A DNA stretch of 64,000 nucleotides from an uncultured Chloroflexia bacterium (lineage in GTDB: Bacteria; Chloroflexota; Dehalococcoidia; DSTF01; JALHUB01), in contig OY970386.1 in NCBI GenBank assembly GCA_963719465.1, positions 981,789-1,045,788 on the forward strand. The letters are read 5' to 3'. Shown here piece after piece: positions 39,884-50,853 of this stretch (position 1 is its first letter; each line of letters opens with the position of its first letter). A program made the position numbers and the translations under genes. Below the pieces are notes generated by a model, which saw only the letters and a list, made by a program, of their open reading frames with translations, was not told the DNA's origin and made no database searches.

Positions 39884-40554
39884 CGCCTGGTTCCAAGAGA
39901 CAACCTGTCGCAACTGACGACGAAACGGCGAAGAGGCAGCGCCGCGTTCGCCGCCTGTACTCCCTGGTTGCCGGCATATACGACCTTCGCGTCGGCACGT
40001 TCCTGCGCTGGCGGAAGCCCGCCCTCGAGGCCCTCCGGCCCAACGCGGGGGACAAGGTGCTGGACCTGGCCTGCGGCACCGGCCTCAACTTCAGCCAGAT
40101 CCTGGCGCGGATTGGCCCTAAGGGCAGGATCGTTGGCTTGGACATTACCCGCCCTATGCTGAAGCGCGCGAGACGAAGGGCAGATCGCAGTCATTGGGAA
40201 AACGCCACCCTCGTCGAAGGCGACGCCACCGACCTGCCACTCGCCGCCGACTCCTGCGACGCCGTGCTCTGCTCCTACGCCATGGCGATTATTCCCGACT
40301 ACCGCACGGCGATAGCGGAGGCGGTCCGCGTCCTCAAGCCCGGCGGACGGCTCGTATTGCTGGAGCCGAAGCGCGGCTCGACCCTCTGGGGCCGGTTGCT
40401 GACTCCGCTGGTGGCGCCTTCTGGCGTCGGCATCGTCCACCTCGACCGGAGAGCGTGGGAGGAGCTACCCGCACTTCTGGAAGACGTTTCGCGACGTGAC
40501 TATGCGGGCGGGCTGGTGTACATTGCCAGTGGCACGAAAGCGAGGGACCGGTGA
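39880..40554 (+). CDS. class I SAM-dependent methyltransferase (UbiE/COQ5-like), inserted within the hem cluster
   Basis: Motif I VLDLACGTG and GGRLVLLE. Flanked by two diverged copies of the cobA-hemD 3' end. Confidence 0.75.
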   Translation: MTPGSKRQPVATDDETAKRQRRVRRLYSLVAGIYDLRVGTFLRWRKPALEALRPNAGDKVLDLACGTGLNFSQILARIGPKGRIVGLDITRPMLKRARRRADRSHWENATLVEGDATDLPLAADSCDAVLCSYAMAIIPDYRTAIAEAVRVLKPGGRLVLLEPKRGSTLWGRLLTPLVAPSGVGIVHLDRRAWEELPALLEDVSRRDYAGGLVYIASGTKARDR

Positions 40555-40672
40555 TGGCAGCCGCGGCGCGTGGCGCGGGCCCGCGCATAGACGTCGGAGC
40601 GCCTGAGCACACGGTCGAGGGGTTGCTAGCGGCGCTGGAATTTGCATATGCCGAAACGAAGGGGGCCATGAA

Positions 40673-41032
40673 ATGGGGTTGACAACCATCGAGCTCGAAA
40701 TCGCCAACGTCGCCGATCCTGAACAGACCGAGAGGTTAGAGTTTCTCATCGATTCCGGTGCCATCTACTCCGTCGTGCCGGCAGTTGTGCTACAGCGGCT
40801 CGGCATAAAACCGATAGCGCAGCAGGACTTCCGGTTGGCTGACGGGACAAAGATCTCGCGCCGGAAAGGCGTAGCCCTTTTCCGATACCAAGACAAGATC
40901 GGTGGTGCCGACGTTATCTTCGGCGAGGAGGGCGATGCGACGCTGCTTGGCGCGTTCACTCTCGAAGCGCTTGGCCTCGGTCTAGACCCGTTGAAGCGGG
41001 AATTGCGTGATCTCCCCATGATGCTTGCATGA
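40673..41032 (+). CDS. retropepsin-like (clan AA) aspartic protease, single-domain
   Basis: 119 aa. The LIDSGA catalytic D-S-G-A motif and its length match bacterial retropepsin-like proteases. Confidence 0.65.
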   Translation: MGLTTIELEIANVADPEQTERLEFLIDSGAIYSVVPAVVLQRLGIKPIAQQDFRLADGTKISRRKGVALFRYQDKIGGADVIFGEEGDATLLGAFTLEALGLGLDPLKRELRDLPMMLA

Positions 41033-41043
41033 AAAGGTAACCT

Positions 41044-42018
41044 ATGAACGGTGACGTTCGTCGATTTCGGCGGCTGCGGGACAGCAACTCAATGCGGCGG
41101 CTCGTGCGGGAGACGAGGCTTTCCCCGGAGGACTTCGTCTACCTGCTGTTCGTCGTGCACGGCAGCGGCGTTCGTAACGCCATCCCATCGATGCCGGGCC
41201 AGTCGCAGCTCTCCGTCGACCAGCTTGCCGCCGAGGCGCGCGAGCTGCGCGAGCTCGGCATTCCCGCCGTCCTCCTCTTCGGCATACCGGCGTCGAAGGA
41301 CGAGCAGGCGTCGGAGGCATACGCGCCGGACGGCATCGTCCAGCAGGCGGTCCGCGCCCTCAAGCAGGCCGACCCGGAACTCCTCGTCATCACGGACGTC
41401 TGCCTCTGCGAGTACACAAGCCACGGCCACTGCGGCATCGTCAAGAACGGCGACGTCGATAACGACGCCACGCTGCCGCTGCTCGCCAAGACGGCGCTCT
41501 CGCACGCCCAGGCCGGCGCCGACATGGTCGCCCCGTCGGCGATGATGGACGGCCAGGTGTCGGCCATCCGCGGGGCGCTCGACGAGAGCGGCTTCTCGCA
41601 GACGCCGATCATGGCCTACGCCGCCAAGTACGCCTCCGCCTTCTACGGGCCGTTCCGCGAGGCGGCGGAGTCGGCGCCGCAGTTCGGCGACCGCTGCGGC
41701 TATCAGATGGACCCGGCGAACGTCCGCGAGGCGTTGCGCGAGATCGAGGGCGATATCGCCGAGGGCGCTGACATTGTGATGGTGAAGCCGGCGCTCGCCT
41801 ACCTGGACGTGCTCGCCCGCGCCCGCCGGCGCTTCGACCTGCCGCTTGCCGCCTATAACGTCAGCGGCGAGTACGCTATGATTAAAGCGGCGTCGGCGAA
41901 CGGCTGGCTCGACGAGAAGCGCGTCGTTCTCGAGGTGCTGACGGCGATCAAGCGGGCCGGCGCGGACGTCATTATCACGTATCACGCCAAGGACGCCGCC
42001 CGCTGGCTGACCGCTTGA
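41044..42018 (+). CDS. hemB: porphobilinogen synthase (delta-aminolevulinic acid dehydratase)
   Basis: Active-site Lys motifs and conserved VKPA and SGEYAM blocks. Confidence 0.9.
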   Translation: MNGDVRRFRRLRDSNSMRRLVRETRLSPEDFVYLLFVVHGSGVRNAIPSMPGQSQLSVDQLAAEARELRELGIPAVLLFGIPASKDEQASEAYAPDGIVQQAVRALKQADPELLVITDVCLCEYTSHGHCGIVKNGDVDNDATLPLLAKTALSHAQAGADMVAPSAMMDGQVSAIRGALDESGFSQTPIMAYAAKYASAFYGPFREAAESAPQFGDRCGYQMDPANVREALREIEGDIAEGADIVMVKPALAYLDVLARARRRFDLPLAAYNVSGEYAMIKAASANGWLDEKRVVLEVLTAIKRAGADVIITYHAKDAARWLTA

Positions 42019-42057
42019 GCGCCTGCGGTGCGTCCGGTGCCAAACCTGAAAAAGCTA

Positions 42058-42899
42058 TGTCTGATCTTCCCACCCGCCCACCCGAGATGCGTTGGGATTC
42101 GGGGGACACCCCCGAACCCCCGGAAGAGAGGGATCCCCTCTCTTCACTCTCCCTTTCTCGGCGTGACGGCATTCGCGCCATCGCCTTCGACTGCTACGGC
42201 ACGCTGATCGACTTCACCGACCAGGCGTTCATCCGCGCCTACCACGAGATCTGCGTTCAGCAGGGCATCGCCTGCGACGGCCGGACGCTCTGGGAGAAGT
42301 GGATGGACATCTGGCGGCGCATGTCGTCCGTGGTCAGCGACTATGAAAGTCCGCGCAACGAGCCCACCTCCTGGACCCGCACGATGGCTAGCTTCCGACC
42401 TTATAGTGAAGCCTGGCCGGAGCATTTCGAGGCCTGCTTCCGCGAGCTCGGCGTTCGCGGGGACGGCGTCGCTGCCTACGCGCACGTCCGCAACGGACTG
42501 GCAGACGCGCCGGCGTTCGCGGAAACGGCCGAGGTGCTGTCGGCGCTGAAGTCGCGCTACCACCTGGGCATCCTCTCCAACGCCGACGACGACTTTCTGA
42601 ACGCCTGTCTCGAGAAGAACGGCCTGCACGTCGAGTTCCAGCTCATCGTCACGTCCGAGAGCGCGGGCGTCTACAAGCCGCGGCAGGAGATATTCCACTC
42701 GTTCGTCGAAGCGAGCGGCTTCCAGCGACACGAGGTGCTATACGTTGGCGACAGCCAGTCGGCGGACGTGCTGGGCGCCAAGAACGCGGGCCTGCCCGTA
42801 GCCTGGGTCAACCGCGACGGTTCGCCGCTCAGGGAAGGCGTGCCGCAGCCAGACCACGAAGTCGCCTCGCTGCGCGAGCTTCTCGGAATCTTATCGTAG
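42058..42899 (+). CDS. HAD-superfamily hydrolase (haloacid dehalogenase type II-like)
   Basis: Motif I FDCYGTL, motif III K and motif IV GDSQSAD. The true start is probably downstream of the repeat element, so the N-terminal Pro-rich extension is doubtful. Confidence 0.7.
42064..42140 (-). repeat. dispersed GC-rich hairpin repeat, copy 2 of 3 (inverted)
   Basis: Its reverse complement aligns with copies at 30976 and 53123 (ATCTTCCCACCCGCCC...GGGGGACACCCCCGAACCCC). Lies just 3' of the hemB stop and overlaps the annotated N-terminal extension of the HAD ORF. Confidence 0.65.
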
Positions 42900-42907
42900 C
42901 CGGGACT

Positions 42908-44245
42908 TTGCAGTTTCGGCGCCGGTCCGTTTCGACCCGGGTCGATGGAATGATGCCGCTGTCCCATGACCGTTCGCACGAAGTCTTCCAGCGCTCGCTG
43001 CGCTACCTGGCCGGCGGCGTCGACAGCCCCGTCCGCGCCTTCCGAGCCGTCGGCGGCGAGCCCATCGTTGTCGCCCGCGGCGAAGGGCCGTACCTGTTCG
43101 ACGTGGATGGCAATCGCTACGTCGACTACGTCTGTTCCTGGGGCGCGCTCATCCTCGGGCACGCGCACGCCGCCGTCGTCGCAGCGGTCCGGAAGGCGGC
43201 GGAGCGCGGCAGCAGCTACGGCGCGCCGACGGAGCCGGAGGCCGACCTGGCGCAGCTCATCGTCGAAGCCGTGCCGTCGATTGAGACGGTCCGCTTCGTG
43301 AACTCCGGTACCGAGGCCACGATGTCGGCGCTGCGCCTGGCCCGCGCCTTCAGCAGACGCGACAAGATCGTCAAGTTCGAGGGCGCCTATCACGGGCACG
43401 CCGACGGTCTGCTCGTGCGCGCCGGCTCGGGCGTGGCGACGCTGGCCCTTCCCGACAGCCCGGGTGTGCCGGCTTCATACGCCCAGGAAACCCTCATCGC
43501 CCGCTACAACAACGTCGAGAGCGTCGAGCGCCTGTTCGAACGATACGCCGGCGAGATAGCGGCGGTCATCGTCGAGCCGGTCGCCGGCAACATGGGCGTC
43601 GTGCCTCCCCAGCCAGGCTTTCTGGCGTCGCTGCGCGAGATCACGCGGTGTGAGGGCGCGCTGCTCATCTTCGACGAGGTGATTACGGGCTTCCGCGTCG
43701 CATTCGGCGGCGCTCAGTCGCTCTACGGGATCGTGCCGGACTTGACGTGCCTTGGGAAGATCATCGGCGGTGGACTGCCGGTCGGAGCCTACGGCGGCCG
43801 GCGCGACGTGATGGCGATGCTGGCGCCGGAAGGCCCCGTCTACCAGGCGGGGACGCTCTCCGGCAACCCGCTGGCGATGGCGGCGGGACTGGCGACGCTG
43901 CGGGAGCTGCAGTCGCCGGGCTTCTATGAGCGGTTGGAGACGCTTTCGTGGAAGCTGGCGGAGGGAATTGCTGTGGCAGCCAAGCGCGCTGGCGTACCGC
44001 TTCAGCTAAATCGCGTCGGCTCGATGTTCACGCCCTTCTTCGTCGACAGCCCGGTCAGCGATTATGGGAGCGCCCGCCGCGCCGACACCGAACGCTACGC
44101 AAGCTTCTTCCACGCCATGCTGGAGCGCGGCGTCTACCTGCCGCCGTCGCAGTTCGAAGCAGCATTTGTGTCCTCAGCCCACGGGGATGAGCAGATCGAC
44201 GCCACAATCGCGGCCTTCCAGCAGGCGCTGACGGAGCTGTCCTAG
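42908..44245 (+). CDS. hemL: glutamate-1-semialdehyde 2,1-aminomutase
   Basis: Class-III aminotransferase fold with the PLP Lys motif (CLGKIIGGG). Confidence 0.9.
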   Translation: MQFRRRSVSTRVDGMMPLSHDRSHEVFQRSLRYLAGGVDSPVRAFRAVGGEPIVVARGEGPYLFDVDGNRYVDYVCSWGALILGHAHAAVVAAVRKAAERGSSYGAPTEPEADLAQLIVEAVPSIETVRFVNSGTEATMSALRLARAFSRRDKIVKFEGAYHGHADGLLVRAGSGVATLALPDSPGVPASYAQETLIARYNNVESVERLFERYAGEIAAVIVEPVAGNMGVVPPQPGFLASLREITRCEGALLIFDEVITGFRVAFGGAQSLYGIVPDLTCLGKIIGGGLPVGAYGGRRDVMAMLAPEGPVYQAGTLSGNPLAMAAGLATLRELQSPGFYERLETLSWKLAEGIAVAAKRAGVPLQLNRVGSMFTPFFVDSPVSDYGSARRADTERYASFFHAMLERGVYLPPSQFEAAFVSSAHGDEQIDATIAAFQQALTELS

Positions 44246-44279
44246 CCCCTTCAAGAGAACGCCTAGTGAAGCTGCTGCC

Positions 44280-44308
44280 TTGACAATCCCCCGTTCTGGT
44301 GCTAAATT
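44280..44308 (+). promoter_or_regulatory. sigma-70-type promoter (TTGACA-17-TAAATT)
   Basis: TTGACA at 44280..44285. TAAATT at 44303..44308, 17-nt spacer. Confidence 0.5.
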
Positions 44309-44317
44309 GCCATCAGG

Positions 44318-44498
44318 CCTAGCTCGTCAGTCGCGGTGGGCGGCGACGAGACGGGGGAACCGAAGGCAGCATGGGGTGTACTCGCTTGGAGCGAGAGGGC
44401 AGTCTCTTTCAGCCCTAACCCGACAGCTAACCTCGTAGGCCACTGAAAGAGGGCTGGTTCCAAACAAGGCGGCCGGAGCCAACTCCTCCGGCTTTTTT
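44318..44498 (+). promoter_or_regulatory. candidate cyclic-di-AMP riboswitch (ydaO/kimA class) with intrinsic terminator, upstream of otsA
   Basis: Contains ACGGGGGAACCGAAGG, GGGGUGUACUC and CCCUAACCCGACAGCUAACCUCGUAGGC. I recall these as the conserved ACGGGGA / GGGGUGAAUCC / CCGAACCCGACAGCUAACC blocks of ydaO RNAs. A long-range closing helix (GGAACC...GGUUCC) is present. Terminator GCCGGAG-CCAA-CTCCGGC plus T6 at 44472..44498. Confidence 0.6.
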
Positions 44499-44607
44499 GC
44501 ACCCTCGTGTCCTGCCTGAATGGCGGACAGGCCCGGCCCGGTCGGTTGCGTGTATCTATATCGCTAAGGTGGGAGCGATACCCCGCGACATGCAAAAGGA
44601 GGCCGAC

Positions 44608-46191
44608 ATGGCACCTCGCGATCTCTCCGACTTTCCGCCCTTATCCGTCATCCGGCGCAGTTCAAGTCCACTCATCGTCGTCAGCAACCGCGGCCCCTTC
44701 GAGCACTATCGAGACGCCGGCGGTGTCCTGGCACGGAGGCCCACGAGCGGGGGCGTCGCCGTCGCGCTCTCCAGCATTTTCGGGCGGCAGGAGTTGACGT
44801 GGGTCGTCGGCGCTGTTGGCGATGTTGACCGCGAGCTGGCAATGCGCGACTTCCGCCGCTTTTCTTTTGGCGACGGGCATCGCCTCTGTTTCGCGTCGAC
44901 GGATTCGCACTCATACGATCTCTTCTATCGCACCTTCAGCAATCCGATTCTCTGGTTCCTGCAGCACTCGCTATGGCATCTGCTCGACGGACGGCCGAAC
45001 TTGAGGCAAGAGATCGTGCGGTCCTGGGAGGAAGGCTACGTGCCGGTAAACGCGGCCTTCGCCGCCGCGGTCTGCGACGAGATCGATGACGCGCGCGGGC
45101 CCGCCCGAGTCATGCTCCACGACTACCATCTCTACCTGGCACCACTACTCATCCGCGAGCGTCACCCGGAAGCTCAGCTCCAGCACTTCTGCCACATCCC
45201 CTGGCCGGGGCCGGAGGCCTGGCGCGTGCTGCCGGAATACGTCATCGCCCGCATCTGCGAGGGCATGCTGGCCAACGACAGCGTCGCTTTCCAGACGGAG
45301 GAATCGAAGCGCAACTTCGCGCTGACCTGCCTCGCATATCTTCCTGACACGACAGTCGATCTGGCAGAGACTGCGATCAGCCACCGGGAACGGTCGACTG
45401 GTATCTTTGCCAATCCGATATCGGTGGACGTGTTCGACCTGAGGCGGAAGCTCATCTCGCCGAAAGTGCAGGCCTACCGGCAGGCGCTGGTTGGCGAAGA
45501 TGACATAAGGACAATCGTTTGCGTCGACCGTCTGGACCCGGCAAAGAATGTCGCCGGCGCGCTGAAGGCGTTTGACCTCCTCCTTCAGCGCCATCCCGAA
45601 TGGTCGGGCAAGGTCCGGATGCTCGCCTTCCTGGTGCCGTCGCGGGTAGCGATCCCCGAGTACCAGACGTATCGGGACAAGGTCTTTACGCTCGTTGACG
45701 AGATAAACTCGCGACACGGCGACGGGCGTTGGCAGCCGCTAACGGTCTTCTACGAACAGAACCGAACCCAGGCGCTTGCCGGCTTGAGCCTATACGACGT
45801 GCTCATCGCCAACTCCATAGCCGACGGCATGAACCTTGTGGCCAAGGAAGGGCCCGTCTTGAACGGGCGCGACGGCGTCCTGGTGCTTTCGACGGCGGTG
45901 GGTGCGGCGCGCGAACTCGGCGGCGCAGCGCTGACCGTCGAGGCCGGGGACATCGAAGGGACCACCGAAGCGCTCAAACAGGCGCTGTCGATGGACGCTT
46001 CGGAGCGCCGGCAGCGGGCGCGGCTGCTGCGACAGACCATCGCGCGCCACGACATCAACGATTGGTTGGAGACGCAGATGGCGGCGTTCGGCGAACGTTC
46101 GGCGGAGATCCTTCCGGTGCCCGCATCGCTGCTCACCCGCCCGCCCTCCCGCGAGGAGCCACCCGCGCTCATCGCCGGCGGAATCTCTTGA
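44608..46191 (+). CDS. otsA: alpha,alpha-trehalose-phosphate synthase (UDP-forming), GT20
   Basis: ATG after AAGGAGG. GT20 N-terminal block VVSNRGPF and the overall length. Confidence 0.85.
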   Translation: MAPRDLSDFPPLSVIRRSSSPLIVVSNRGPFEHYRDAGGVLARRPTSGGVAVALSSIFGRQELTWVVGAVGDVDRELAMRDFRRFSFGDGHRLCFASTDSHSYDLFYRTFSNPILWFLQHSLWHLLDGRPNLRQEIVRSWEEGYVPVNAAFAAAVCDEIDDARGPARVMLHDYHLYLAPLLIRERHPEAQLQHFCHIPWPGPEAWRVLPEYVIARICEGMLANDSVAFQTEESKRNFALTCLAYLPDTTVDLAETAISHRERSTGIFANPISVDVFDLRRKLISPKVQAYRQALVGEDDIRTIVCVDRLDPAKNVAGALKAFDLLLQRHPEWSGKVRMLAFLVPSRVAIPEYQTYRDKVFTLVDEINSRHGDGRWQPLTVFYEQNRTQALAGLSLYDVLIANSIADGMNLVAKEGPVLNGRDGVLVLSTAVGAARELGGAALTVEAGDIEGTTEALKQALSMDASERRQRARLLRQTIARHDINDWLETQMAAFGERSAEILPVPASLLTRPPSREEPPALIAGGIS

Positions 46192-46273
46192 CACTCTGAT
46201 AAGTGCTCTCTAGAATAACTGGTGGGCGGCGCCTCCCGTCCGCGCTGGCGGAGCGAGGGCCGCTTATCTATAA

Positions 46274-47905
<1,632 letters not shown>

Positions 47906-47996
47906 GATGGAGGTCGGGGGGCGAGCGTCGGAAGCGTTTGATGGAGGTGGTTTGACGCCGGCATTCGCGCGTTCGGCGGGCATTTGCAGTATTTGC

Positions 47997-48104
47997 TTGA
48001 AAACAAGAAGTAGATGCTGTATCATACATTCGGCCGCGAGTACTACTGCACTTTTCCCTCTGTGTTTTCTCTTGAGGCCCCAACATAAATCCGAGGTTTG
48101 AACG
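47997..48104 (+). promoter_or_regulatory. rho promoter (TTGAAA-17-TATCAT) and C/U-rich 5' leader
   Basis: -35 at 47997..48002 and -10 at 48020..48025. Leader CACUUUUCCCUCUGUGUUUUCUCUUG looks rut-like, consistent with rho autoregulation. Confidence 0.5.
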
Positions 48105-49385
48105 ATGAAGCCAGGCGGCGAACTTAACATTGCTGAGCTAGAGACCAGGACGCGCGAGGACCTGATGGAGATCGCCAAGGAGCTTGGAATCTCCGGCTAC
48201 AGCGCACTCAAGAAGCAGGACCTTATCTTCCGCCTGCTCCAGGCCCAGACGGAGCGGGAGGGCAACATATTCAGCGGCGGCGTGCTGGAGATCGTCGACG
48301 ACGGCTACGGCTTCCTCCGCGGCGAAAGCCTCCTGCCCTCGCTGAACGACGTTTACGTGTCGCAGTCGCAGATCCGACGCTTCGCGCTGCGCACGGGCGA
48401 CTATGTGACCGGCCAGGTCCGTCCCCCGAAGGACAGCGAGCGCTACTACGGGCTGCTTCGCGTGGAGGCGGTGAACGGCCTCGACCCGGAGGTCGCGAAG
48501 GGCCGTCCTTACTTCGAGAGCTTGACAGCCATCTTCCCCAACCGCCTCTTCAACCTGGAGACGACGCCGGACAAGCTTTCCGCGCGCGTCATCAACCTTA
48601 TCTCGCCCATCGGTCGCGGCCAGCGCGGCCTTATTGTCTCGCCGCCGAAAGCGGGCAAGACGTTCCTGCTGAAGGCGATAGCCAACGGCATAACGGCCAA
48701 CTACAACGACGTGCACCTCATGGTTCTGCTCATCGGCGAGCGGCCGGAGGAAGTGACGGACATGCGACGCTCCGTCAACGGCGAAGTCATCGCGTCCACC
48801 TTCGACGAGCCGGTGGAGGACCACACGCGCGTCGCCGACATGGGGCTGGAGCGCGCGAAGAGGCTGGTCGAGTGCGGCACGGACGTTGTCGTCCTGCTGG
48901 ACAGCATCACGCGTCTCACCCGCGCCTACAACCTGGCGATGCCGACGAGCGGTCGCACGCTTTCCGGCGGCATCGACCCGATCGCTCTCCACCCGCCGAA
49001 GCGCTTCTTCGGCGCCGCCCGCAACACCGAGGAGAGCGGCAGCCTCACGATCATTGGCACCTGTCTGGTCGACACCGGCAGCCGCATGGACGAGGTGATC
49101 TACGAGGAGTTCAAGGGCACGGGTAACATGGAGATCCACCTCGACCGCCGCCTGGCCGAACGACGCATGTGGCCGGCAATCGATATCCACCGCAGCGGCA
49201 CCCGTCGCGAAGAGCTGCTGCTGGACGAGGAGACGCTACGTCAGGTCTGGCTCGTGCGCCGAATGACGTTGATGATCAGCCAGAACGCGCCCAATCCCAC
49301 CGAGGCGACGGAACGGCTGCTGGAGCGGCTGGCGCGGACCCGCAGTAATGACGAGTTCCTGGCGACTCTGAAGCAAGAAATCTAA
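48105..49385 (+). CDS. rho: transcription termination factor Rho
   Basis: N-terminal RNA-binding (CSD-like) domain. Walker [17 protein letters not shown]- and R-loops. Confidence 0.95.
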   Translation: MKPGGELNIAELETRTREDLMEIAKELGISGYSALKKQDLIFRLLQAQTEREGNIFSGGVLEIVDDGYGFLRGESLLPSLNDVYVSQSQIRRFALRTGDYVTGQVRPPKDSERYYGLLRVEAVNGLDPEVAKGRPYFESLTAIFPNRLFNLETTPDKLSARVINLISPIGRGQRGLIVSPPKAGKTFLLKAIANGITANYNDVHLMVLLIGERPEEVTDMRRSVNGEVIASTFDEPVEDHTRVADMGLERAKRLVECGTDVVVLLDSITRLTRAYNLAMPTSGRTLSGGIDPIALHPPKRFFGAARNTEESGSLTIIGTCLVDTGSRMDEVIYEEFKGTGNMEIHLDRRLAERRMWPAIDIHRSGTRREELLLDEETLRQVWLVRRMTLMISQNAPNPTEATERLLERLARTRSNDEFLATLKQEI

Positions 49386-49775
49386 ATCCACCCGTCGCAC
49401 TCAACAACCGCCGTTACGTTCGGAGAGACCGAAACGGGGTGAAATTTGAGCCTTTTTGCCCTTGACATGAGTTAAAGGCGTCTGGTAGGGTGTCGGGGAT
49501 GTTGCGTATGCCGGGTGGAGGAGGCAGGCTCTCTGAGTTGGGCTGACAAGTAGGAGGCGAGGAGCATCAGAGGCACGCTCAGCCCGCGGAATCCTGAGCC
49601 GAAAGACAGGCTCGGGCCGCGACCAATCAGTCTGGGACGACAGCTCCCCACCGCTGCCGCGTTTCGCAGGAAATACAGGCCTTACGTTCACTCCTTCATT
49701 CTGGGCCTGGCAGCGATCGTTCTTCTATCTGTTTCTCTCTCTCAACATTTCCAACTCCCCACTCCCAACGTCCCC

Positions 49776-50783
49776 ATGGCCCTGGAGAGGGCGCCGGTCT
49801 CTCAGACAACCGCGTCCACTCCGGTGTCAGAGGACGCCGTTCTGCAGGCATCCGTCCTTCCTTTGACGCTCGTCACGGCGCAGTCGACGGAAACGCCGGC
49901 GCCGCTGGTGCGCGGAACGGCCCTTCCCGCTGACGACACGACGATGATGGCCGCCAGCATCCTGCCAACTCCAGCGCCCACGCCGGTGCCGATCTACGTC
50001 ATCTATGCGGTCCAGGACGGCGACACCGTCGACGCCCTGGCCAGCCGCTACGGGATCTCGTCGGACTCGATTCTATGGAACAACACCGACCTCGAGGATG
50101 CGGACACGCTGGCGGTGGGCCAGTTCCTGCGCATCCCCTCGAGCGACGGCATCATCTACGATGTCAAGCTCGGCGACACTTTGAGCGATGTCGCCAGTCG
50201 CTACGGCGTCAACGTTGCGTCCATTACCGGATTCGCGGGCAACCATTTGCTGAGCGCCGACGATATCTCCGAGCATCAGGTCATCTTCATACCGAACGGC
50301 ACGATGCCGGCGCCACCGCCGCCGGCACCGGCGCCCACGCCTGAACCGGCCAGCAGCGGCAACGGCGGCGGCTCAGCTCCCGCGTCGCCGTCAGAACCGT
50401 CCGCGCCATCGTCATCAGGCTTCATCTGGCCGGTCAACGGCCCGATCTCCAGCTACTTTGGGCCGTCGCACCCGCTGGGCATCGATATCGACCAGTACAA
50501 CAGTCCGGGAGCGCCAATCCACGCGGCGGCCGCGGGCATCGTGACCTTCGCCGGTGGCGACCCCTGCTGCTCCTACGGGCTGTACGTCGTCGTCAACCAC
50601 CAGAACGGCTTCGAGACCCTCTACGCCCACATGGCGTCGATTGCCGTGACGCAAGGCCAGTATGTGAATCAGGGAGACGTCCTGGGATACGTGGGCATTA
50701 CCGGCCGTTCAACCGGCTATCACCTGCACTTCGAAGTTCACTACAACGGGGCGGTAGTAAACCCGCTCGACTACTTGCCTTAG
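49776..50783 (+). CDS. LysM domain-containing M23 family metallopeptidase
   Basis: Two LysM repeats (YAVQDGDTVDALASRYG, YDVKLGDTLSDVASRYG). M23 motifs HxxxD...HLHFE (AHMASI..., GYHLHFEV). Confidence 0.85.
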   Translation: MALERAPVSQTTASTPVSEDAVLQASVLPLTLVTAQSTETPAPLVRGTALPADDTTMMAASILPTPAPTPVPIYVIYAVQDGDTVDALASRYGISSDSILWNNTDLEDADTLAVGQFLRIPSSDGIIYDVKLGDTLSDVASRYGVNVASITGFAGNHLLSADDISEHQVIFIPNGTMPAPPPPAPAPTPEPASSGNGGGSAPASPSEPSAPSSSGFIWPVNGPISSYFGPSHPLGIDIDQYNSPGAPIHAAAAGIVTFAGGDPCCSYGLYVVVNHQNGFETLYAHMASIAVTQGQYVNQGDVLGYVGITGRSTGYHLHFEVHYNGAVVNPLDYLP

Positions 50784-50853
50784 CGTCGGGGCTTACAGAG
50801 AGCACGGCGGCCGTCTAGCCGCCTTTCTTTTTGCCTTGCCGCGGAAGAACGTC

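Noticed and set aside
42015-42160. Pro-rich N-terminal extension of the HAD hydrolase ([30 protein letters not shown])
   Set aside because: This stretch is encoded by the inverted copy of the dispersed repeat. It is probably non-coding, and the true start is likely downstream.
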